Shown one piece after another: positions 59,821-64,000 of a stretch of 64,000 nucleotides of DNA (its first letter is position 1; each line of letters begins with the position of its first letter). The DNA comes from Cyanophyceae cyanobacterium (GTDB lineage Bacteria > Cyanobacteriota > Cyanobacteriia > Cyanobacteriales > JBHJGN01). Under the pieces are notes generated by a model. It saw nothing but the letters and a program-made list of their open reading frames with translations, was not told where the DNA came from and ran no database searches. The stretch is taken from contig JBHJGN010000057.1 in assembly GCA_050331735.1 (NCBI GenBank), positions 1 to 64,000 of the forward strand, written 5' to 3'. A program made the position numbers and the translations under genes.

Positions 59821-61653
59821 TTAGCTGAAGGATAAATCTGCCGTTGCTACGACAGCCCGATCGGCGTTGAACCTTACAAACTCGATATCGAGCAGAGTAT
59901 CTCTACCGATACTGTCGCCCGCAGCAGTGAAGTTATCGGCACTTCCCATAAAGATATAGTCGCTCTGGGAGCCACTGTATTCGACGACATCAGCAGTCAC
60001 CCGGTAGGTCTCACCATCGAGAGCCGTGAAGTGGGTCTGGCGATCGTCCCGTCCGACTTCGCCTTGACCGTCAAAAACATTATCACTGCCGTTGCCAATA
60101 AAGCGATCGTTGGTGCTGGTGCCAATGACGTTTTCGATGTGTCTGAGGGTATCGCTCCAGCGTAGCGAGTTATTTGTACTAGAGTGGACTGCTTTTTTCC
60201 GCTCTAGATTGACATCCAGTCCCGCTACTGACCCAAAGACCCCCGCAAAACTTAAGTCAGAATAATCAGCAGTATCAGTGCCGTCCCCGCCATTTATAGT
60301 GTCATTGCCAACTCCTCCGTTGAGCAAGTCGTTTCCCCGATTGCCGCGCAGGCGATCATCCCCACTCTTGCCGAAAAGTACATCATCACCTCGTCCGCCT
60401 TTCAGCGTGTCGTTCTTCCGACCGCCATAGATAATGTCGCTACCCCGACCGCCGCTAATAATGCTGACATCTCCATCGTAGTCATCAAAGCGGTCGATGC
60501 GGTCTGCTGCCAAAATATCGTTACCGCGACCGCCGCTAATGTCGTCCCCGCCACGTCCGCCGGTAATAATATCGTTGCCACGTCCACCGGTGATGGTGTC
60601 GTTGCCGTTGTCACCCACGATGCGATCGTTACTGCGGCTGCCTTCGATGAAGTCATCGCCGCGACTGCCTCTAATATCGTTAATGGCAACATCCGGCTCA
60701 AAGTCTTCAAATAAGGTGTCCCCAACAGCATTGTCAGCTAGGGTGTCAGCGACAGAATCTGCTAGTAAAGCGTAAGCATCCGTGGTGAGATGTCCATCGT
60801 CCCAAAATACATAGTTCTCCGGGCTACCCTCAGCAAATACGGGTTCTTGATTTGAGAAGGTTAAGTAGGGATCGGAGGAATTATCAAAACTAGCGATAAA
60901 CTCATTTTCTAAAGAAAAGAGATCGTACTCAACAATTTCGATACCCAGAGCTAATTCTAGATTGTTGAGGGTCATGGCCAAAGCATTATTATAGGCTACT
61001 GTTAGCGTAGTGAGAGCCCCTTCTCCTATAATTTGTCCTCCTCCTGGCAGAGAGGCTAGAAAATTGCGGCCAGCTGGAAAGAACTCTAAATCTAGTGAAT
61101 TTAGAACCAGAAACTGCTCCGCATTAGCCTTCTCATGAAGAGTTGTGATCGCTGTTGCTAAGTTACTAACTGCCGTTAAGACTGTATTTTCTATAAGGTT
61201 TTGTACCAGTAGGTTGAGTTCTTCAGGAGTCGCATCAGGGTTCTGCTCCAGTAAAGTAAGTAAGTCAGCTCCTAGGTTTATAACATCATTTCCTAGAGGG
61301 TTAGAGCTAATTACATAAAGGTCGTCAGAAGAATTAGGCTCTTGCCCGAATAGTTCAGCTCGGTCAATGTCTTTGACGTACTCATCTACCTGCATTAGTA
61401 GCCCTCTTTCCTGATCTCCCGTCTGAGCACCACCAATGGCATAATTAACGTTCAGATGAGGGGCTACAGGAAAAGGAACTTCGGTCTGTGGTCTAAGATC
61501 CTCCACCAGATATTCTGTCCAAAGGGGTCCATTGGAAAACCTACCATCGAAGTAAGGAGGACTGGGAGGAACACGTTGATCGGTAATATTGAACTCGTTC
61601 CCGTTATCTTCGGTGCTGGCTCCGAAGAAATAGATCTGGTCAATACTTGTCAT
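59821..61653 (-). CDS. SGNH/GDSL hydrolase with RTX Ca-binding repeats
   Basis: FGASTEDNGN, GRFSNG, NYAIGGA, GND, FWDDGH; GGxGxD nonapeptide repeats. Confidence 0.85.
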   Translation of the reverse strand: MTSIDQIYFFGASTEDNGNEFNITDQRVPPSPPYFDGRFSNGPLWTEYLVEDLRPQTEVPFPVAPHLNVNYAIGGAQTGDQERGLLMQVDEYVKDIDRAELFGQEPNSSDDLYVISSNPLGNDVINLGADLLTLLEQNPDATPEELNLLVQNLIENTVLTAVSNLATAITTLHEKANAEQFLVLNSLDLEFFPAGRNFLASLPGGGQIIGEGALTTLTVAYNNALAMTLNNLELALGIEIVEYDLFSLENEFIASFDNSSDPYLTFSNQEPVFAEGSPENYVFWDDGHLTTDAYALLADSVADTLADNAVGDTLFEDFEPDVAINDIRGSRGDDFIEGSRSNDRIVGDNGNDTITGGRGNDIITGGRGGDDISGGRGNDILAADRIDRFDDYDGDVSIISGGRGSDIIYGGRKNDTLKGGRGDDVLFGKSGDDRLRGNRGNDLLNGGVGNDTINGGDGTDTADYSDLSFAGVFGSVAGLDVNLERKKAVHSSTNNSLRWSDTLRHIENVIGTSTNDRFIGNGSDNVFDGQGEVGRDDRQTHFTALDGETYRVTADVVEYSGSQSDYIFMGSADNFTAAGDSIGRDTLLDIEFVRFNADRAVVATADLSFS

Positions 61654-61981
61654 ACTTGCTTTGTTTGTAAATTTTTAAGATGAGCGAAAGCTGATTCGGG
61701 CTGTAAACTGCTCTATATTAGTCTTTGAGAGCTTTTTTGAGAAGCTTGTCGAGCAAGTAAAATGTAGGGAAAAAGTAAGTTTTTTAGTTTGAGGCGTTGA
61801 TCTCCATTCCCTCACTATTGATAAAGCTCGCTCGACAAATCGCCCTTTCTGTAGGTAAGAAAAAGGGCGATGTCAGTCACAAGCCCACTCATCAATTAAA
61901 GGGCTTTAATATTTACTGGTTGGCAATGCTCAGTATTAACTCATTCAAGAGTTCAGGAACCGCACTAAGACATGACTGGAT

Positions 61982-63403
61982 TTACACAAAGCTTTCCTCG
62001 CTACTGCCTTCATGAACAGTTTTGACCCACTTCAGGCGCTTGGGTCGCACAGACAGGCGAGCGGTGGTGCTAGCTATGACAAACAGCCAATGAAGCATAT
62101 ACACCATGCCTCGTAGCGTCTGTAAAGCAATGACTACAAGAGTAGCAAAGCTAAGTCGTTCTCTCTGAGTGCGTCGCAGCCCGGTAAACATAGCCCAGCA
62201 GCACAAGGAAAGCAATAAACCAGACAAAGGACTGAGCAGAGAAAGACGTTGGCGAGTAACGACCATCAGCAGGTCGGGAACAGCGGCTGTTGGTAAAAGA
62301 TATTGCAACAGCATAAAAGAGAGTAAATCGAGAGTTTTGCTAAATCCCATGCGATTACTAGCAATTAAACGCCAGTAGTCTAAATAGCGCTGATAGCCTC
62401 CTTCTGCCCAGCGGCTGCGCTGATGCCATAAAGCGATCGCGTTTGTGACTCCTTCTTCTGCAACAGCCGGAAATTCGAGAAACCCAATCTTCCACCGGTC
62501 GAGATGAAGACGAATCGTTAAGTCCAGGTCGTCGGTGATAGTTTGCTCATTCCATCCCCCGCAGCGTTCCAACGCAGTACGACGCACAAACTGACCATTA
62601 CCGCGCAGTTCACCGATGCCGCCAATGGCAATACGATGCTGCTGAATGGTGCTGTCGAGAGCCATTTCTGCCATTTGCCCCAGGGTCCAGAAATTTTCAG
62701 GGGCGTTGGTGATGGCTTTTCTCGCCTGTACGGCTCCGATTTCCGGCTCGCTAAACAGGGGGACAACTCGCCGCAGGATGTCTGCTGGCACTTGGGCATC
62801 GGCGTCGAATACGCCAACAATTTCACCTTTAGTAAGTGGCAGTACCTGATTTAAGGCTCCTGATTTACCCCCACTCGCACCAGCGGAACGGTGCAGCACT
62901 TGCAGTTGGGGATACTCCTGAACGAGCCGATCGAGAATTTTGGGAGTTTCATCTGTACTGCGGTCGTCCACGATCCAGACCTCGTAGCGGTCGGCTGGAT
63001 AGTCTAAGTGGCACAGATTTTTAACCAGATTCCCGATGACCGCTGCTTCGTTTTTGGCTGCCACAACTAAGGTAACAGCCGGAGCGCCAACGGAATCTTC
63101 AGCAAGCAGGACGCTGGCTGATTCAGGACAAGCTATCACGAAACGAATGGCCTGAATCGAGAGAAGGCTGGTCAAAGCGAGCACTACCCAAAACCCCCAA
63201 GATACAAGATAAAGAGCAATAGTGATGCTCCATACCGCCATCAGCACAAAAGCCGCTTTCCGTCTGCGTCCTGACAACCCCTGAAAAAAGTCGCTTCTAA
63301 ACTCTTCCTCTTCTTCTTCTGGATCAGACCACTCCGACAGGAGAGAACTAATTGGGTCAAGGTCTCGCTCGGAGTCAGATTCTAGCCATTTTTTTTTAGA
63401 CAT
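61982..63403 (-). CDS. mgdA: Monoglucosyldiacylglycerol synthase (GT2)
   Basis: Acidic N-terminus, GRRRKAA, GGKSGALN, FDAD, TDDLD, QRSRWAEGG; adjacent to mgdE. Confidence 0.88.
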   Translation of the reverse strand: MSKKKWLESDSERDLDPISSLLSEWSDPEEEEEEFRSDFFQGLSGRRRKAAFVLMAVWSITIALYLVSWGFWVVLALTSLLSIQAIRFVIACPESASVLLAEDSVGAPAVTLVVAAKNEAAVIGNLVKNLCHLDYPADRYEVWIVDDRSTDETPKILDRLVQEYPQLQVLHRSAGASGGKSGALNQVLPLTKGEIVGVFDADAQVPADILRRVVPLFSEPEIGAVQARKAITNAPENFWTLGQMAEMALDSTIQQHRIAIGGIGELRGNGQFVRRTALERCGGWNEQTITDDLDLTIRLHLDRWKIGFLEFPAVAEEGVTNAIALWHQRSRWAEGGYQRYLDYWRLIASNRMGFSKTLDLLSFMLLQYLLPTAAVPDLLMVVTRQRLSLLSPLSGLLLSLCCWAMFTGLRRTQRERLSFATLVVIALQTLRGMVYMLHWLFVIASTTARLSVRPKRLKWVKTVHEGSSEESFV

Positions 63404-63705
63404 ATTTAGCTGGTTTTGTCAAGGACAATAGATAAATAAAGAGGGAGAATAGGACCGACTTATAGAGCCGAAACGTCGATATTAGCGACGTTATTGGTGA
63501 TGGATAGGCTGGAAGGATTACCGTTTCATTGTATCTAAAATCGTTAAATTTCTTAGCAAAAAATTAATGGTGCCAGCCTCAGAGTCGATAAATTTTTCTA
63601 TAGTTAGTCGTCAAGGACTACTTCTACTAGCGTCGATTTTCTCTTCCTGCCAAAAATTGATTAGACTTGAATTCTAGACATTGTTACGCTCCTATTAACG
63701 ACTGA

Positions 63706-64000
63706 ATGGCAATCTCAACGGCGCTGCTGAAAATAGCAGAGAGTGGGCTAGTGGCCCTCAGTTCCATTGTGTGGGTAGAATCAGTGCGAGACGGCTACCA
63801 TATCCTATCTCATCGCTGGAAGCCGCTCTATCGTCTTCATTCATGGCATCACCGCGTTTTTCGCCCCGACCTAACGGCGGCTAGCGAGCAGATTTATCGG
63901 CAAGCCCATTGGTATAATGACGTACCGGAGTCCTTGGTGATGCTGCTGTTGAGCGTACTGTTTAGCTGGGTAGCGCTTGCGGTTTTCCCTTCTCACGGAT
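63706..64000 (+). CDS. mgdE: Monoglucosyldiacylglycerol epimerase, 5' part (runs off the window; absent from the ORF track)
   Basis: Own translation MAISTALL...WVESVRDGYHILSHRWKPLYRLHSWHHRVFRPDL...AHWYNDVPE, His-box hydroxylase-like N-terminus; divergent from mgdA. Confidence 0.82.
   Translation, partial: MAISTALLKIAESGLVALSSIVWVESVRDGYHILSHRWKPLYRLHSWHHRVFRPDLTAASEQIYRQAHWYNDVPESLVMLLLSVLFSWVALAVFPSHG

Larger units (their letters stand above)
1..64000. repeat. HIP1 octamer GCGATCGC, over-represented across the window
   Basis: Many copies in coding and non-coding DNA, e.g. 296-303, 517-524, 1561-1568; typical cyanobacterial signature. Confidence 0.95.

Overview
Cyanobacterial chromosomal DNA (frequent HIP1 GCGATCGC octamers, NDH-1, Mg-chelatase H, cruF/cruG, mgdA/mgdE). 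Mostly housekeeping genes: cbiG-cobJ, smpB, ictB, purT, SRP RNA, a hybrid kinase plus REC-GGDEF-EAL pair, the NAD salvage operon pncB-nadD-nrtR-nadE with a visible NrtR box, murD, purN, an M16 peptidase pair, rimP-nusA-ylxR-infB, rnd, ruvX and dnaX. I saw no CRISPR array, prophage, rRNA/tRNA or intact transposase. The most notable items are: (1) intergenic GGGGAAA/TTTCCCC repeat tracts studded with a family of 13-nt C(GNA)G mini-hairpins whose stems co-vary; (2) a membrane-anchored protein with two DXCF-type cyanobacteriochrome GAF domains and no output domain, directly followed by a PstS-like gene; (3) an ndhH with unusual substitutions in quinone-pocket segments; (4) a ~125-bp MITE-like repeat present twice; (5) a gene broken by a single in-frame TAA; (6) several large structured intergenic elements. 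All family calls come from motif recognition by eye; no searches were run.
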